A stretch of DNA of 47,942 bases from Acutalibacteraceae bacterium (GCA_045587825.1 JAZNCY010000343.1:1-47942); one strand, 5' to 3'; counted from the first letter of the stretch, positions 36,727 through 47,942 are shown. The notes: a model not told the origin generated them from the letters alone. Numbers and translations are program-made.

Positions 36727-37269
36727 TTATAAAATGGACAGAAGCTGTGAAAGTGATTCGTAAAGCCCTGATGCAAAAAATATAATTGCAAGTACGATTA
36801 CTAAAACAACAGGAAGTCCTAACTCAATAACCATTTTTATGAGCTGACTCTTCTTGTATTTTGAAAAATCACCTTCAAGCTTTTCTAATCGCTTTAAAAG
36901 ATTGTTATACTGGTCAACCGAAATGCCCGGTGTACCACTTGAAAGGTTTGCTGGTACGTTAACATCACGTTTGATACTGTTAAACTGAGACTCTATTGCC
37001 CCAGTGCTTACAGCTTCATTTGTTTCTGGTGCAAACTTGCTTTTCATAGCATTTAATGCAACCGAAATATTCTGTGGTCTTGATGGTACTTCCTTTTCCA
37101 ATACAGAAGAAAGCCATCTTACCTGTGCTGTAGAAGGAGTTTCGTCACTATAAAGCTTTTTAATCTGCTTTTCACAGAATGAACAAACCATTTCTTCATT
37201 TTTTTCTATTGTGCATAACACAAAATCGAGTTCGTCGGTTTTGCATCCACAAACAGGACAAACGCTCAT
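36727..37269 (-). CDS. Zinc-ribbon protein with a C-terminal transmembrane helix, unknown function, embedded in the glg operon
   Basis: CPVCGC...CSFC cysteine pairs at the N-terminus. Hydrophobic LGLPVVLVIVLAIIFFASGL near the C-terminus. Confidence 0.6.
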   Translation of the reverse strand: MSVCPVCGCKTDELDFVLCTIEKNEEMVCSFCEKQIKKLYSDETPSTAQVRWLSSVLEKEVPSRPQNISVALNAMKSKFAPETNEAVSTGAIESQFNSIKRDVNVPANLSSGTPGISVDQYNNLLKRLEKLEGDFSKYKKSQLIKMVIELGLPVVLVIVLAIIFFASGLYESLSQLLSIL

Positions 37270-37310
37270 AACTTTATATCCCTTTCGAATTATAACAATT
37301 CAGATTGATG

Positions 37311-38429
37311 TTAAATAACAATATTTTTACCAACAATAAACGGATAGCTCTTATCACCTGAAAGATTTTTATTAGGTGTAATAACTGAATCCTTATCCAT
37401 AATAACACAGTTAAGCTTAACGTTTTCACTTATTACAGAATCCTGCATAATAATTGAATTTTCAACAACTGCGCCACGTGCTATATTAACACCTCTGAAA
37501 ACAACACAGTTTTTAACAGTACCTTCAATAATGCAACCGTCAGCAACAAGAGAATTTTCTACTTTACTGTTAACGCCATAACGAACAGGCATATCGTTAC
37601 GTACTTTTGTGTAAATAGGTCTGTCTTTATTAAATAAATCTTTTCTTGTGTCTTTCTCTAAAAGAGCCATATTAGCTTCAAAATATTTGTTTACGCTATC
37701 AATTTCACAGCCCCAGCCTGTAAATTCATAACCATAAATATTAAGATGATCAACGTTCTTCTGAAGAATATCTTTTTCGAAGTTTTTAGCTCCAGCACTT
37801 AAAGCATCTGCAACTAAAGACTCTAACAATGCTTTTCTTATAAGCACCATACCTGTATTGAAGTTAACGTTTTCTTTGTTTTGTGGATTTACTGCAATAG
37901 CTGTTACCTTGCCGTTGCCATCAACTGTTAATGACGTCATATTTTCAAGTTCAGGAAGATTGCCCTTTTTATAAACAATAGTTATATCTGCGTCTTTTTC
38001 TGAATGGAAATCGAAAACTTCACTTAAATCAATATTGCAAATGAAGTTTGTATCAGAAAGAATAACGTATTGCTCATTACAGGATTTAATAAAACTGCTT
38101 ATTCTACCAAGCACCTCTACTGTATTTGAAGAGTCTTGCTCAGTGTGAGTTGGATTGAATGGTGGTAAAAGATAAAGACCATCAACCTTTCTTGCTAAAT
38201 CCCAAGGTCTGCCGTTACCAACGTGGTCCATAAGTGAACGGAAGTGACTGTTTGTAATAACGCCAACTTTTGTTATACCGCTGTTTACGAAATTAGAAAG
38301 AACAAAGTCTATAAGACGGTATCTGCCACCATAAAGCATTGAACCCATTGTTCTTCTTTGTGTAAAATCTTTAAGACAAGAATCGTATGAGTTTGAATAA
38401 ACTATACCGAGAACATTTTTTGGCATCAT
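37311..38429 (-). CDS. glgD: Glucose-1-phosphate adenylyltransferase subunit GlgD
   Basis: GlgC paralogue lacking the LAGGxGxRL motif. Left-handed beta-helix C-terminus. Overlaps the glgC stop by 4 nt. Confidence 0.88.
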   Translation of the reverse strand: MMPKNVLGIVYSNSYDSCLKDFTQRRTMGSMLYGGRYRLIDFVLSNFVNSGITKVGVITNSHFRSLMDHVGNGRPWDLARKVDGLYLLPPFNPTHTEQDSSNTVEVLGRISSFIKSCNEQYVILSDTNFICNIDLSEVFDFHSEKDADITIVYKKGNLPELENMTSLTVDGNGKVTAIAVNPQNKENVNFNTGMVLIRKALLESLVADALSAGAKNFEKDILQKNVDHLNIYGYEFTGWGCEIDSVNKYFEANMALLEKDTRKDLFNKDRPIYTKVRNDMPVRYGVNSKVENSLVADGCIIEGTVKNCVVFRGVNIARGAVVENSIIMQDSVISENVKLNCVIMDKDSVITPNKNLSGDKSYPFIVGKNIVI

Positions 38430-39649
38430 ACTGTCTGACCCCCTTTCACATCTTGAGCAATTGTTGTTTTTGCTTTTATTTTTGCATCTTTACCAATAGT
38501 AACGTCCGCACCAATTACGCTAACGCCCCACTCGTCAAGATTTTCTGACTTTTCTGGATTTTCGCCTACAACTGCACCCTCTTCAATAACTGCATTTTCT
38601 GCAACTATTGAGTACTGAACAACTGCACCCTTTTTAATAACTGCGCCTGGCATTACGATTGAGTAATGAACAGAGGCACCCTCTTCAACAGTAACATCTG
38701 AGAAGAGTACTGAATAATCAACGTCACCCTCAATTTCACAGCCTTCGGCAACTATTGAATTCTCAACCTTTGCTTTGTCCGAAATATATTGTGGTGCAGA
38801 AGAATCGCTTCTTCCGTAAATCTTCCAGGAATCATCTGCTAAATCGATATTTGCTTTTGGATTAAGAAGGTCTAAGTTTGCTTCCCAGAGAGAGTCAATA
38901 GTACCAACGTCTTTCCAGTAGCCATCAAATGCATAAGCGAAAAGTCTTTCACCAGCCTCGTGCATTGCAGGAATAACGTTTTTACCAAAGTCGTTTGATG
39001 AATCAGGATTGTTTTCGTCATCTATGAGATATTGACGAAGCTTTTCCCAGGTGAACATATAAACACCCATTGAAGCTTTATTGCTCTTTGGCTCTTTTGG
39101 TTTTTCTTCAAATGCTGTGATTCTGCCATCCTCATCTGTAAACATAAGACCAAAACGAGAAGCTTCCTCCCACGGCACCTCAAGCATTGCTATTGTACAA
39201 GCAGCATCCTTTTCTTTATGGTATTTAAGCATTTCTGAATAATCCATTTTATAAATATGGTCACCAGAAAGAATTGCAACATATTCTGGGTTATATCTGT
39301 CAATAAAATGAATATTCTGATAAATTGCGTTTGCTGTACCTTTATACCATTCCTGACCATTAAGAGCCTGATATGGTGAAAGCACGTGAACACCGCCACC
39401 GATTTCACGGTCTAAATCCCAAGTGCTACCACTACCTATGTAATCGTTGAGCACAAGTGGTTGATATTGAGTCAAAACACCAACTGTTGAAATACCTGAG
39501 TTAGTGCAGTTAGATAACGGGAAGTCAATAATTCTGTATTTACCCCCGTAAGGAACTGCAGGTTTTGCAATATTTTTTGTAAGAACGCCAAGACGAGAGC
39601 CCTGACCACCAGCTAAAAGCATAGCTATACATTCAGTTCTTTTTGCCAT
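38426..39649 (-). CDS. glgC: Glucose-1-phosphate adenylyltransferase GlgC
   Basis: [10 protein letters not shown] motif. ATG 39647-39649 chosen over the ORF-track start at 39676. Confidence 0.93.
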   Translation of the reverse strand: MAKRTECIAMLLAGGQGSRLGVLTKNIAKPAVPYGGKYRIIDFPLSNCTNSGISTVGVLTQYQPLVLNDYIGSGSTWDLDREIGGGVHVLSPYQALNGQEWYKGTANAIYQNIHFIDRYNPEYVAILSGDHIYKMDYSEMLKYHKEKDAACTIAMLEVPWEEASRFGLMFTDEDGRITAFEEKPKEPKSNKASMGVYMFTWEKLRQYLIDDENNPDSSNDFGKNVIPAMHEAGERLFAYAFDGYWKDVGTIDSLWEANLDLLNPKANIDLADDSWKIYGRSDSSAPQYISDKAKVENSIVAEGCEIEGDVDYSVLFSDVTVEEGASVHYSIVMPGAVIKKGAVVQYSIVAENAVIEEGAVVGENPEKSENLDEWGVSVIGADVTIGKDAKIKAKTTIAQDVKGGQTV

Positions 39650-41576
39650 TGTTTTTACATTCCTTTCCATCTTCATTTTTAGTTTTATTTTGTTTAAGTT
39701 TTAAATATATTGTTGTTAATGGTGGTAATTTTAACTCTATTGACTGCTGATATTCACCATAAGGCTCATTGAGAGTTTTATAAGTCTTTTTGATTTTTTC
39801 GCCTGTACCACCGAATTTCTCCGAATCAGAGTTAAAGATTATCTCGTAAGTACCTTTTTCTGGAACACCTATTTTATAAACAGGACGACCAACTGTTGTG
39901 AAGTTACAGACCGCTATAACCTTATCTTTATTTTCATCAGTTCTGACAAACGCTATAACTGAATTGTTATTATCATCACTGACTAACCAGTTAAAGCCCT
40001 CCCAGCTATAATCCACCTGCCAGAATGGCGCCGTTTTTTTATAGAAGAGATTAAGCTCTTTTATATAAGTCTGAAGATTCCTGTGTGCTTCGTAATCAAG
40101 AAGAAGCCAGTCAAGACCTTTTTTGTAATCCCATTCTATAAACTGACCAAATTCAGTACCCATGAATAAAAGCTTTTTACCAGGGTGAGCATACATATAA
40201 CCTAAAAATGCTCTTACGCCTGCAAATTTTTCTTCGTAACTGCCTGGCATTTTATTTATAAGTGAACATTTGCCGTGAACTACCTCGTCGTGCGAAATAG
40301 GAAGCACAAAGTTCTCTGAAAATGCATAGAAGAATGAAAACGTAATTAAATCGTGGTTGAATTTCTTGTGGATACCCTCCATTGAAAAATATCTTAAAAT
40401 ATCATTCATCCAACCCATATTCCATTTAAAGTTGAAGCCTAAGCCCCCTGCATAAACAGGCTTTGAAACGAGCGGCCACGCTGTGCTTTCTTCTGCAATC
40501 ATACATACGTCAGGAAAATCCTTGAACACTGCTTCATTAAGCTCTTGTAAAAACTCAACTGCCTCGTAGTTTTTGTTTCCGCCATCTTTATTTGCTATCC
40601 AGTGGCCATCGTCTCTGCCATAGTCAAGATAAAGCATTGAAGCAACCGCATCTACACGAAGACCATCTATGTGATATTCCTGAAGCCAGAAGCAAGCGTT
40701 TGAGATAAGAAAGCTTTTTACCTCGTTTCTGCCAAAGTCAAACACCTTCGTTCCCCACCCTAGATGCTCGCCTTTTCTTATATCGTCATATTCGTAACAC
40801 GCCTCGCCATCAAAGTTAGAGAGTCCGTGCGCATCCTTAGGAAAATGTGCCGGTACCCAGTCAAGAATAACACCGATACCTGCTTTATGACACTCATCTA
40901 TAAGATATTTTAAATCATCTGGTGTGCCATAGCGTGACGTTGCTGAAAAATAACCTGTTACCTGATATCCCCACGAGCCGTCAAACGGATATTCAGAAAG
41001 AGGCATCATTTCAATATGAGTGTAGCCCATCTTTTTAACGTAAGGCACTAACTCTTTTGCTAAATCACGATAGCTTAAAAAGTTGCCGTCATCATATTGC
41101 TTCCACGAGCCCAAGTGCATTTCATAAATATTGACCGGTGACTTGTAGATTGAAGTTTTCTTTCTTTCTTCTAACCATTTGCTGTCACGCCATTTATAAT
41201 TGCTTCTGAATATTTTTGAAGCTGTTCCAGGTCTTGTTTCTGAATGAACTGCATAAGGGTCTGCTTTAAAATGCCTTTCACCTTTTGAATCAATTATCAA
41301 AAACTTATAAGCATTAAATTCTTTAACATTCTTAACGTAAGCCTCCCAGCAGCCTGCTTCGTTAAGCTTTGTCATTATAGAAGCATTTTCATCCCAACCG
41401 TTAAAGTCACCCACAACTCTTACAGAAGAGGCGTGTGGTGCCCACACTCTGAAAACGAACTCTTCTTTTCCTACTTCGTGTGCTCCAAAAAATTCCTGAG
41501 CACGATAGTTCTTGCCTAAATGGAAAATGTAAATAGGAAAATCGTTAGGATTAACTTCCGTTTCTTTTATTTTCAA
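39633..41576 (-). CDS. glgB: 1,4-alpha-glucan branching enzyme GlgB
   Basis: CBM48 plus GH13 catalytic regions ([26 protein letters not shown]). TTG start after GGGGTGA. Confidence 0.93.
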   Translation of the reverse strand: MKIKETEVNPNDFPIYIFHLGKNYRAQEFFGAHEVGKEEFVFRVWAPHASSVRVVGDFNGWDENASIMTKLNEAGCWEAYVKNVKEFNAYKFLIIDSKGERHFKADPYAVHSETRPGTASKIFRSNYKWRDSKWLEERKKTSIYKSPVNIYEMHLGSWKQYDDGNFLSYRDLAKELVPYVKKMGYTHIEMMPLSEYPFDGSWGYQVTGYFSATSRYGTPDDLKYLIDECHKAGIGVILDWVPAHFPKDAHGLSNFDGEACYEYDDIRKGEHLGWGTKVFDFGRNEVKSFLISNACFWLQEYHIDGLRVDAVASMLYLDYGRDDGHWIANKDGGNKNYEAVEFLQELNEAVFKDFPDVCMIAEESTAWPLVSKPVYAGGLGFNFKWNMGWMNDILRYFSMEGIHKKFNHDLITFSFFYAFSENFVLPISHDEVVHGKCSLINKMPGSYEEKFAGVRAFLGYMYAHPGKKLLFMGTEFGQFIEWDYKKGLDWLLLDYEAHRNLQTYIKELNLFYKKTAPFWQVDYSWEGFNWLVSDDNNNSVIAFVRTDENKDKVIAVCNFTTVGRPVYKIGVPEKGTYEIIFNSDSEKFGGTGEKIKKTYKTLNEPYGEYQQSIELKLPPLTTIYLKLKQNKTKNEDGKECKNNGKKN

Positions 41577-41891
41577 CTCTTTTCACCCCATTTTGATATA
41601 TCTTCATACAATTTCACGTTTCAATTATATATAGACATATTCTCGTGCTTTAATCATAACAAAACACTGTGTTGAATTCAAGTGTTTTTTAATATATTTT
41701 GTTCAAACGCCCATTAAAGTTTTCTGGTAGAATTTGGCAATTTTGCACAAAGAAAACAATTTTTAAGTCGAAAAAAGAAAAATAAAAACGATTTTAAAAA
41801 TGTTAATTTTTTGTAAAAATACAATTTTTTGTGGTTCTTTTTTCTAAACAAGAATAATAATTCTATATTTTGTGTTATCATATACAGCAAT

Positions 41892-41922
41892 AGTTAAACG
41901 TTTAATTAATAAACGTTTAACT
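41892..41922. promoter_or_regulatory. Perfect 13-bp inverted repeat AGTTAAACGTTTA-N5-TAAACGTTTAACT, candidate MarR operator
   Basis: Arms 41892-41904 / 41910-41922, about 20 nt upstream of the marR start. Confidence 0.55.
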
Positions 41923-41943
41923 TTTTTCTGGAAAGGAGTTTTT

Positions 41944-42414
41944 ATGGATAATCGTTCTTTAGTACACGAAATTATCACCCTGAATGTCACACACAGATAC
42001 AGGGTTTCAAAAGCCGCTTCTTCGTTAGGGCTTTATTTTGGTCAGCCAGCTATTATAGAATTTATTTCGTATAATAATGGGTGCACACAAAAAGAACTCG
42101 CTCAACATCTTCACGTGTCGCCTGCTTCTGTTGCAACAACTCTTAAAAGAATGGAAAAATCAGGCTTTATTGCACGTATTGACGATAAAGAGGACTCAAG
42201 AAAAAAACATCTTACTGTAACTGAAAAAGGTGCTAACGCCTTAAGAGATTTCAGAAAAGTCTGCGACGAAACAGATGAACAGGTATTTTCTGGGTTTACA
42301 GATGAAGAAAAAGAAACGCTTATGTCTTTTCTCAAAAGGCTGAATATGAATATTGCTGACAACGAAATGACTAAGGAAGATTTCAAAAAAATATTAAATG
42401 GTGGTGACAGATAA
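41944..42414 (+). CDS. MarR-family transcriptional regulator
   Basis: Winged-helix region QKELAQHLHVSPASVATTLKRMEKSGFIARIDD..DSRKKHLTVTEKG. ATG 41944 after GGAAAGGAG. Confidence 0.88.
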   Translation: MDNRSLVHEIITLNVTHRYRVSKAASSLGLYFGQPAIIEFISYNNGCTQKELAQHLHVSPASVATTLKRMEKSGFIARIDDKEDSRKKHLTVTEKGANALRDFRKVCDETDEQVFSGFTDEEKETLMSFLKRLNMNIADNEMTKEDFKKILNGGDR

Positions 42415-44214
42415 ATGATTAAAAAATTATTAAGCTATGCCAAGGGTTACAGAATTTATGCTTTTTTATCACCTCTGGCAATTGTATTTGAAGTTTTAAT
42501 CGAGGTTGCAATTCCGTTCTTAATGTCTGTTATAGTCGACTCTGGTATTAACGGAATCCCACTTTCAGAAAAAGACGGCTTTGTAGTAAGCATTCTTTTA
42601 AAATTAGGCTTCGGTGAAAAACAAGGACTCGAGCTTGTTACTTCAACAGGTATTTTAATGGTTGTAATGGCGTGTTTTTCACTTATCTGTGGTGCTTCTG
42701 CTGCTTATTTTGCAGCAAAGGCAGGTATGGGCTTCGGTAAAAATTTAAGAGGTGCTATGTTCGGTAAAATTCAGGACTACTCATTCTCTAATGTTGATAA
42801 ATTTTCAACTGGCTCACTTATTACCAGAATGACAACTGACGTAAATATGATTCAGAATGCTTTTATGATGGCAATAAGAATGTTAGTACGCTCTCCGCTT
42901 ATGTTCATAATGGCAATCGCTATGGCGGTAGATATTAACAAAAAACTTTCTCTTGTGTTTATCATTGTAGGTCCTGCACTTTTAGGTGCACTTGTGTTTA
43001 TAGGCTCAAAGGCTCACCCAAGATTTGAGCGTATGTTTAAAAAGTATGATAAATTCAACACATCTATTCAGGAAAATTTGATTTCTATAAGAGTTGTTAA
43101 GGCTTTCGTACGTTCAAAACACGAAAAAGAAAAATTCAGAATTTCAAATGATGAATTAAAAGCAGCATCAATATTTGCTGAAAAGCTTATAATTTTAAAC
43201 AGCCCTATTATGATGGTTGCAGTTTACACCTGCATAATTTCAATCCTCTGGTTTGGCTCAAAGCTTATTTTTGTAGGAAGTATGCAGTTAGGCGACCTTA
43301 TGAGCTTTATTACTTACGTTCAGCAGATTCTTATGTCACTTATGATGATTTCAATGATTTTCGTTATGTCTGTTATGGCAAGAGCTTCTATGAAGCGTGT
43401 TTGCGAGGTGCTCGACGAAGAGCCTACTATTAAAGACGATACCGCCGACGAAAATTTAAAAGTAGAAAATGGTGATATTGAATTTAAAAACGTTGTTTTC
43501 AGATACAACGAAACTGCAGAGGAGCCCGTGCTTTCCAATATCAACCTTTCAATAAAATCTGGTGAAACCATTGGTATTCTTGGTGGTACTGGTAGTGCAA
43601 AATCTTCACTTGTTCAATTAATTCCTCGTCTTTACGATGTAAGCGAGGGTGAAGTTTTAGTCGGTGGCAGAAACGTTAAAGATTATAAGCTTCACTCACT
43701 TCGTGACAGCGTTTCTATGGTGCTTCAGTCCAACGTTCTTTTTTCAGGTACAATAGAAGAAAATCTTCGCTGGGGTAATGAAAACGCTACTATGGAAGAA
43801 ATAAGAGAGGCAGCAAAAATTGCCTGCGCTGATGATTTTGTTATGAGCTTCCCTGAGCAATATAACACTGATATGAGTCAGGGTGGTGTCAATGTTTCTG
43901 GTGGACAAAAGCAACGTCTTTGTATTGCACGTGCTTTACTTAAAAACCCGAAAATCTTAATTCTTGATGACTCAACAAGTGCAGTTGATACTGCAACAGA
44001 CGGCAAAATCAGAGAGGGAATGAAAAATTCTCTTCCAGATACAACAAAAATTATAATCGCACAGAGAATCAACTCAATTCAGCACGCTGACAAAATCATT
44101 GTTATTGATGATGGTAAAATAGATGATGTCGGCACACACGAGGAATTGCTTTCACGTAATGAGATTTATAAAGACGTTTATATTTCTCAACAAGAAGGCA
44201 AAATGGAGCAATAA
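42415..44214 (+). CDS. ABC exporter half-transporter (TMD-NBD), degenerate Walker B/catalytic residue
   Basis: Walker A GGTGSAKSS, signature VSGGQKQR, Walker B ILILDDS (Asp in place of the catalytic Glu). Confidence 0.9.
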   Translation: MIKKLLSYAKGYRIYAFLSPLAIVFEVLIEVAIPFLMSVIVDSGINGIPLSEKDGFVVSILLKLGFGEKQGLELVTSTGILMVVMACFSLICGASAAYFAAKAGMGFGKNLRGAMFGKIQDYSFSNVDKFSTGSLITRMTTDVNMIQNAFMMAIRMLVRSPLMFIMAIAMAVDINKKLSLVFIIVGPALLGALVFIGSKAHPRFERMFKKYDKFNTSIQENLISIRVVKAFVRSKHEKEKFRISNDELKAASIFAEKLIILNSPIMMVAVYTCIISILWFGSKLIFVGSMQLGDLMSFITYVQQILMSLMMISMIFVMSVMARASMKRVCEVLDEEPTIKDDTADENLKVENGDIEFKNVVFRYNETAEEPVLSNINLSIKSGETIGILGGTGSAKSSLVQLIPRLYDVSEGEVLVGGRNVKDYKLHSLRDSVSMVLQSNVLFSGTIEENLRWGNENATMEEIREAAKIACADDFVMSFPEQYNTDMSQGGVNVSGGQKQRLCIARALLKNPKILILDDSTSAVDTATDGKIREGMKNSLPDTTKIIIAQRINSIQHADKIIVIDDGKIDDVGTHEELLSRNEIYKDVYISQQEGKMEQ

Positions 44215-44231
44215 AGAAGGGAGTGTAAGAA

Positions 44232-46211
44232 ATGTCAGAAAAACCAATTAAGAAAAACGGACCACCACCTCCTGGCGGACCAGGTGGAAAAATGAGATTT
44301 GAAAAACCTCAGAATCCAGCAAAGACACTTTTACGCCTTTTAGGTTACGTTGTTAAAAATAAAGCTGTTTTAGTACTTGTTGCAGTTTTAGTAATTATAA
44401 GCTCTGGTGCAGGTGTTGCCGGAACATACCTTTTAACACCAATCATAAATGAAATAGGTCTCGTTGTAGAGAATGGCACGTTTGATATAACAAACATTGT
44501 AAAATATCTTATTATAATCGGCATTATTTACGTTTGTGGTGCAGCGGCACAATATGCTTACCAAAGACTTATGCTCAACATTTCACAGGGCACTCTCAAT
44601 CTTTTGAGAAAAGACCTTTTTGACCATCTTCAAAGTCTTCCTATTAAGTTTTTTGATGCTCATACTCACGGCGAATTAATGAGCCGTTTCACAAATGATA
44701 CTGACACAATCCGTGAAGCTATAAGTCAGGGCTTAGTGCAGACAATATCATCTCTCGTCACAGTTATTGGTATTTTCTCTATGATGCTCTATATAAGCCC
44801 CGCATTAACTGGTCTTATTATTGTTATGCTTTTTGTTATGCTTAACATAATAAAATTTGTAGGTGGAAAAAGTGCTAACTTCTTCAGAAAACAGCAGCAG
44901 AATATAGGTGCTGTAAATGGTTATATTGAAGAATTTATTGAAGGTCAGAGAGTTGTTAAGGTTTTCTGCCGTGAGGAAAAGAGTAAAGCTGCTTTCTCAG
45001 TACACAACGAAAACTTCAGAAAATCTGCAACAAATGCACACACCTGTGCAAGTATTATAATGCCTATTATGGGTAACCTTTCATACTTCAACTTTGCTGC
45101 AACTGCAACTCTCGGTGCATTCATCATTATAAAATTCGGCACGAGCGAGCTTTCAGGAATTTCAGGATTTCTTTTAGGTGGTATTGAAGGTGCTCTCACA
45201 CTCGGCTCTCTTGCAGCCTTCTTACAATACACAAGACAATTCTCAAACCCTATAAGTCAGGTTTCTCAACAGCTTAATAATATTCTTGCTGCTCTTGCCG
45301 GTGCTGAAAGAATTTTTGCAATTATTGATGCAACACCTGAAGAAGACGATGGTTATGTTACACTTGTTAATGCAAAAGTTGATGAAAATGGCAATATTCA
45401 GGAAAGCGAAGAGCGTACAGGCACGTGGGCGTGGAGACACCCACATTCAGCAGATGGCTCTGTAACCTACACGCTTTTAAAGGGCGACGTTCGTTTTCAC
45501 GATGTTACTTTCTCTTATGACGGTAAAAAGACTGTTCTTAAAAACGTTTCGCTTTATGCAAAGCCTGGTCAGAAAATTGCCTTTGTTGGTTCAACCGGTG
45601 CAGGTAAAACAACAATTACAAATCTTATAAATCGTTTTTATGATATTGATGAAGGTAAAATCACTTATGATGGCATTAACATCAAAAAGATTAAAAAAGA
45701 CGATTTAAGACGCTCTCTTGCAATGGTTCTTCAGGATACTCACCTTTTTACAGGTACAGTTGAAGATAACATCCGTTATGGTAAATTAGATGCAACCCAC
45801 GAAGAAATTGTTGAAGCAGCAAAGCTTTCTAATGCTCACAGCTTTATTAAGAGATTGCCTGACGGCTACAACACAATGCTCACTGGTGATGGTGGCAATT
45901 TATCACAAGGTCAGCGTCAGTTGCTTGCAATAGCACGTGCCGCCGTTGCAAACCCACCAGTTCTTATCTTGGATGAAGCAACAAGCTCTATTGACACAAG
46001 AACAGAAAAGCTTATTGAAAAGGGTATGGATAAGCTTATGGAAAACAAAACTGTTTTTGTTATAGCCCACCGACTTTCTACTGTAAGAAACTCAAATGCA
46101 ATTATGGTGCTTGAGGATGGTCAGATTATAGAAAAAAGCGACCACGACACACTTATAGAAGAAAAAGGTAAATATTACAAGCTTTACACAGGACAATTTG
46201 AATTGTCATAA
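44232..46211 (+). CDS. ABC exporter half-transporter (TMD-NBD), canonical Walker B with degenerate signature
   Basis: Walker A GSTGAGKTT, signature LSQGQRQ, Walker B LILDEATS. Pro/Gly-rich N-terminus. Confidence 0.9.
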   Translation: MSEKPIKKNGPPPPGGPGGKMRFEKPQNPAKTLLRLLGYVVKNKAVLVLVAVLVIISSGAGVAGTYLLTPIINEIGLVVENGTFDITNIVKYLIIIGIIYVCGAAAQYAYQRLMLNISQGTLNLLRKDLFDHLQSLPIKFFDAHTHGELMSRFTNDTDTIREAISQGLVQTISSLVTVIGIFSMMLYISPALTGLIIVMLFVMLNIIKFVGGKSANFFRKQQQNIGAVNGYIEEFIEGQRVVKVFCREEKSKAAFSVHNENFRKSATNAHTCASIIMPIMGNLSYFNFAATATLGAFIIIKFGTSELSGISGFLLGGIEGALTLGSLAAFLQYTRQFSNPISQVSQQLNNILAALAGAERIFAIIDATPEEDDGYVTLVNAKVDENGNIQESEERTGTWAWRHPHSADGSVTYTLLKGDVRFHDVTFSYDGKKTVLKNVSLYAKPGQKIAFVGSTGAGKTTITNLINRFYDIDEGKITYDGINIKKIKKDDLRRSLAMVLQDTHLFTGTVEDNIRYGKLDATHEEIVEAAKLSNAHSFIKRLPDGYNTMLTGDGGNLSQGQRQLLAIARAAVANPPVLILDEATSSIDTRTEKLIEKGMDKLMENKTVFVIAHRLSTVRNSNAIMVLEDGQIIEKSDHDTLIEEKGKYYKLYTGQFELS

Positions 46212-46215
46212 AAGC

Positions 46216-46258
46216 AAAGCAGGTCAATACCTCAAATGGTATCGACCTGCTTTTTAAT
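46216..46258 (+). terminator. Rho-independent terminator of the ABC exporter operon
   Basis: 16-bp stem with one mismatch, 46216-46231 / 46238-46253, followed by TTTTT. Confidence 0.8.
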
Positions 46259-46365
46259 TCTTGCAAATATTAAGATTTTGTAATAAATATTGAGAATTTC
46301 TAAAAAATCTGTATAATAGAATAAAGTATAATAATTTTAACATTACAATTTGCGGGTATTTTATT

Positions 46366-47844
46366 ATGAAAAATATATTAACTTCTGAAAAGTCGGTAAA
46401 GACTTTAGCAGAAATACGCAAATTTCTGTTAAGTGACAGATGGATGGTGGCGCTTGCTATTTTCTCATTGATAATAGCTTGTCTTCACGCACATTTTCCA
46501 GAACAGGATTTTCACATCTGGGGTTCTGTTGTTTTAGGTTACATAACAGGCGTTTGCTTTTTGCTTACGGGTGACATTATGGCAATGCTCATCCCCACGC
46601 TCTTTACCTACATTATTGCAATGCGATGTTACAACTCGCTCGAAGCCTTCAGTGAAATCTGGTATTTAGCAATACCTCTTGCTTTTATGCTGTTATTCAA
46701 TCTTATTTATTACGGCAAAAAGCCAAGCATTAAAGGCTCACAGTTTTTCCCTATGCTTTTTGTTTCTATTGCAGTAACCATTGGTGGCGTCGGCGTAATT
46801 TCACTAAAGGATTACTTTGGTGGAACTTCAATTTATAATATGCTTGGTATCGGCTTTGGTATGCTCTTTGTTTACTGCATATTCTTCCCGAGAATCAACG
46901 CCACAAGTGATTATTCTCTTATTGATAAGCTTTCTAAAATAATGGTTATGGTAGGACTCACTGCCTCTCTTGCAATATTTGCTCAATATATTATCAATAT
47001 AAATGATGTTATTGATAACCCAGGCATTATTTATATGAGATGGCGTAACAACACCTCTACCATTCTTATGATGGCTCTGCCTTTTGCTTTCTTCAGAGCA
47101 AACAAGTCATCATACTCAATAATTATCGGCTTTATTTTTTATATGGCTATGCTTCTTACAGGCTCACGTGGTGGTATGGTGTTTGGTACTATTGAGCTTG
47201 TTATGTGTATTGTTATGTTTGTTCTTTATGACAAACGCCGTCGACTTGCTTACGCTATAATCTGCGGTTGCTTTGTTATTGCCGCTCTTATTTATCTTCC
47301 TGAAATAACTGAATTTTTAAATTATACGCTGAAGCGCCTTTTCAAGGTAATTAACCAATTCCTTATGGGTGGCGAAGATACAGAAACAAGAGTCAGACAC
47401 TATGCCCGTGGTGTACAGGATTATTTAAACAACCCTGTTTTCGGCACAGGTCTTGGTAATATGACCAATCGTGATATTTTCAAAAACAAGCCTGGTGCTC
47501 TTTGCTGGTACCATTGTGAGCCGATTCAGATTGCAGGTAGCTTTGGTACAGTGGGAATTATTGCTTTTATTTACCAATTCGTAAAGCGAAACTTGTTAAT
47601 CTGGAAAAAAGCAACGCTTTTCAATATGACAATTTTCTTGTCTTATATAAGCCTTGAATTAATGTCACTCGTAAACCCTGGTATTCTCTGTCCGGTGCCA
47701 TATCTCTTACTCATTACAATATTTATGATTGTTGTTGAGAAATGTGATGATGGCGAAGAGCAAGTAAAAATACCGATTTTAAAAAAATTCAGAGATAAAA
47801 GAAAAGCTAAAAAAACTACTAAAAAAGAATTAGTAACAAAATAA
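46366..47844 (+). CDS. O-antigen ligase/polymerase-like (Wzy_C) polytopic membrane protein
   Basis: About 10-12 hydrophobic segments, LTGSRGG motif typical of Wzy_C/O-antigen ligase proteins, Lys-rich C-terminal tail. Confidence 0.6.
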   Translation: MKNILTSEKSVKTLAEIRKFLLSDRWMVALAIFSLIIACLHAHFPEQDFHIWGSVVLGYITGVCFLLTGDIMAMLIPTLFTYIIAMRCYNSLEAFSEIWYLAIPLAFMLLFNLIYYGKKPSIKGSQFFPMLFVSIAVTIGGVGVISLKDYFGGTSIYNMLGIGFGMLFVYCIFFPRINATSDYSLIDKLSKIMVMVGLTASLAIFAQYIININDVIDNPGIIYMRWRNNTSTILMMALPFAFFRANKSSYSIIIGFIFYMAMLLTGSRGGMVFGTIELVMCIVMFVLYDKRRRLAYAIICGCFVIAALIYLPEITEFLNYTLKRLFKVINQFLMGGEDTETRVRHYARGVQDYLNNPVFGTGLGNMTNRDIFKNKPGALCWYHCEPIQIAGSFGTVGIIAFIYQFVKRNLLIWKKATLFNMTIFLSYISLELMSLVNPGILCPVPYLLLITIFMIVVEKCDDGEEQVKIPILKKFRDKRKAKKTTKKELVTK

Positions 47845-47849
47845 AAAGA

Positions 47850-47887
47850 CAACTGTTTACCCTTACTGGATAAACAGTTGTTTTTTA
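47850..47887 (+). terminator. Rho-independent terminator
   Basis: caactgttta (47850-47859) / taaacagttg (47871-47880) followed by TTTTTT. Confidence 0.8.
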
Positions 47888-47942
47888 TTCTGATAATTCA
47901 TTAATTGTTTGTGGACTATAATAAAGCGAGCCAACTAAATCA

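Overview
AT-rich chromosomal segment that looks Firmicutes/Clostridia-like, judged from gene content, GGAGG/GGTG-type ribosome binding sites, frequent TTG/GTG starts and protein similarities. It is mostly housekeeping and carbohydrate metabolism. Recognisable genes: fucI (interrupted at the window edge), mnmA, mnmG, mnmE, rsmG, a Noc/ParB-like gene, potABCD, luxS, tadA, zapA, dut, a glgB-C-D-x-A glycogen operon, GH2 and GH31 glycosidases, and a MarR regulator with a heterodimeric ABC exporter. Small accessory modules are interspersed: an HTH-MntA/HepT pair, a second MNT/HEPN pair, a class III Fic protein and a PHP phosphoesterase. I found no rRNA, tRNA, CRISPR array, transposase, integrase or phage genes. 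The most unusual content is non-coding. Two dense, unrecognised structured elements flank the zapA-dut pair. The first (24293-24490) is six perfect hairpins organised as two tandem three-hairpin junction domains, with a competing long-range helix. The second (25435-25710) is about 275 nt, closed by a 23-bp terminal inverted repeat, with mutually exclusive pairings, and sits directly upstream of mnmE. Either could be a new cis-regulatory or structured RNA, or a MITE-like element; I cannot decide which from one window. Other observations: an in-frame TGA in fucI, tRNA/rRNA-modification genes tightly appended to glycosidase operons, an uncharacterised GH31-flavoprotein-amidohydrolase-phosphatase operon, an unknown zinc-ribbon membrane protein inside the glg operon, and a PotD with a C-terminal membrane anchor.
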